From the NCBI RefSeq assembly GCF_024521635.1, contig NW_026250403.1, positions 1,922,001 to 1,986,000 of the forward strand: DNA of 64,000 nt. Reading direction: 5' to 3'. Positions 61,726 to 64,000 of the stretch are shown one piece after another (position 1 is the first letter of the stretch; each line of letters opens with the position of its first letter). The translations under genes were made by a program, and so were the position numbers. Origin of the DNA: Tricharina praecox (Eukaryota). The notes beneath the pieces were generated by a model. The model saw only the letters and a program-made list of their open reading frames with translations, was not told the DNA's origin and made no database searches.

Positions 61726-64000
61726 GGTGAATAGGACTAGAGTGCTACTTGGCGATTGTTACGCGATTTGATGATGGTTTTTCGTTCAATGTTGTTATGG
61801 ATGGCGGCTGCATAGGACGGTGGGGGAGGGCTGGAATATATACCTATGCGGGCTCCGAGGCTGTGCATGCACCATCTACTCTATGCACCATGCACCCATG
61901 CGATCTACCTACCCAGTTACTTGTTGCGTGTTTCTCGATAACAACCCCACAGCCACTGAGTCAGGGTCCGTGATACCCGCCATGCATAAGGCGCGTGATT
62001 ATGCACTAACCTGTTCCATAGAACCTTTCCGTGAGGCTTCCACCTCCATTCCGTGCTGTTTCCTTGAACTACATACTTTCCAAGTTCTCATGGAAGGCTC
62101 AACGCTCAAGCGCTCCAGAGTCCAGGCCCTGTTATTGAAATGCCTACCAATTTTCCGGAATCATGCACTACCAAGGTAGAGACTGTAGAGTAGGACTGAG
62201 AGCCCCAGTACTTACTCTACCGGTATCCTGGTGAGAAGTGGAAGTCAGTACGAGTTTCCTTAGTCCCAAGTCCTTAACGATATTAATAAGCTGACACTAT
62301 TCCAAATACAAATCCAGAGAAGCAGATCTTCCATCTTCAAAGGGCAAACCCCTGCGGCCGGTTGCTGGCGGACGGTGGCCTGACCTATTATGTATGTATG
62401 TTGGGCGAAACTGACCCGGCCCCCATGAAAAGAATTCATCCCATGGTAAAGAGTTTCAAGAAAACGATCTATTGTCTCCCTACGTCACTAATAGTACGCA
62501 AGTGCGGCGAAGCAGTCACAGCGGCATTAGTTATGCAGTACTACGGTAGTTAGTACTAGGTACCTATGGTGATTCCCGGAGCGGACGAATATTCCTCCGC
62601 TACCAAGCACTTAGGTACTTCAACACACCGAGCCAACTACCTACATTCTGATATGTGCGATAGTGAACTGGTCACCGTCGTGGGGGAAACCGAAAAGCTT
62701 CTACATTCGTTCCCATTCCCGTATATAGCGGAACTGGGACGGTGGTCACAGACAGAGATCGATAGTAACCAGTTAATTGGGGATATGTACAGGCAACTCC
62801 AAAGAGCTATGAAACAACGAAATACGGTATCTACCAGACACCAGACTACCGTACGAAGACGTCGGACGTCCTTGAGGCTTTAATTGCTGGCAAGGCGGGC
62901 GGGGCGATGTATTGTACAATGCATACCCAAACCGCAACCGCGACAGCACTGCACGCCCACGGGATGGTCGTTCGGCGGTTAGCCGCCTAGAATAGGTGAG
63001 TAGATGGCCGCGTGTAACTGCAAGCCGCGTGTACATGACATGCGTGACACTCCAAAGCTCCAAGCCACGCAGTGCGGGGGATTCTTGCTCTCGGTACGCC
63101 TCGGGGGGGGGGGGGGGGGGGGGGTTTACTTTTGGCGTCACTTCAGGAACGGTAGTTTAGACTTTCAAATCCCTAAGATCATGCCAAAGGCAGTCGACCG
63201 CGTCCGGCGAACCTCGAATGATGATGTGACGGCAAACGTGGAAGCTGGAGATGGAGGCGGGGGTCGAGTCCATCTCGGAGCACTACTAATACATATCACG
63301 GGTTCACAAGCATCGAGTTCGTCTCCCCGTCACGGAAAAAACCCCCGCGTGGCCCAGTGGTCTGGTACATGCAATCGGCGAGGGGAGTGGAATGAAACCT
63401 CTCGGTCCAATCCGGGGTAAGAAACCTTTCATTCCGCTCTTGGGGTTTCCAAGCCACCCCACTGGGGGGGTGATGGTTTTTGCGGGAAGTCGAAACCCGG
63501 GGTGCATGGAGTATCACTCGTCGCAAACCCAAAAGCTGCTAATATCACTTTTTCTTTTTCTTTTCCGTTTAATCATCATGTTCGTTACTTCCCAACGTAA
63601 AGCCACAAACCGGAAACCAGCAGCAACGTTCCGGAGATAGATGAGCCGTGTGGTTGTGTAGACGCACTGGTGACTGACGCCTCGCAATCGGGCATACTAT
63701 GCACTGCAACAAATTTATAACCGCCCCGGATATGTAGGAGATAGGTAGTAGAGGCGCCAGCTACCGGAAGGGCTCGTCCCGACGATGGCCCTCTACCGGT
63801 ATCGGTCAGGAATAAAGACCCCCCCTCCCCCACCCCCGCATCACGCTCCTCGCCTGGTTTGTATTTTTGCGTGAGCGGCTTGCTTTTTTTTGGCTCTGCG
63901 ACAGGTAACCATCGACTCCGTTCGGAGTATATATACTACCTAGGTTCCGCCCAGCCCTGCTCACTGGTTCCGCTCATTCAATATCATTCCATCCCAGCCT

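Noticed and set aside
50900-64000. Possibility that the NACHT/SNF2 pair is cargo of a Starship or other large mobile element
   Set aside because: No tyrosine recombinase captain, transposase or boundary repeats are visible in the window; cannot be excluded beyond the right edge.
61749-64000. Short ORFs at the right end
   Set aside because: No motifs or coding-like composition; includes a poly-G run at ~63103-63124. Treated as intergenic.

Overview
Eukaryotic DNA from a filamentous ascomycete: intron-rich genes with short GT-AG introns and CTRAY branch sites. Pezizales affinity is only an inference. 1-7.8 kb is non-coding or regulatory. 7.8-31.9 kb is a compact housekeeping block: Mlp1/TPR, Dsc2-like, Stu2/XMAP215, Slu7, PhoD-family phosphatase, intron-containing tRNA-Glu(CTC), Hcs1/IGHMBP2 helicase and a large low-complexity protein. 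32-37.3 kb is an accessory patch with a hAT-type MITE (TIRs plus 8-bp TSD), a hidden two-exon zinc-finger gene and a deleted LINE remnant. It is followed by two hypothetical genes (one BTB-like with a CUE-like tail) and KGD1. The most striking feature is at 52.1-60.7 kb: a 13-exon, ~1430-aa NLR-like NACHT NTPase whose C-terminus carries C2H2 fingers and an ING-type PHD finger instead of TPR/ANK/WD repeats. It sits head-to-head, 269 bp apart, with a divergent Rad5/SMARCA3-like SNF2-RING ATPase, a candidate chromatin-directed sensor/effector pair. All gene models were built by hand from splice signals and protein motifs; no database searches were run.
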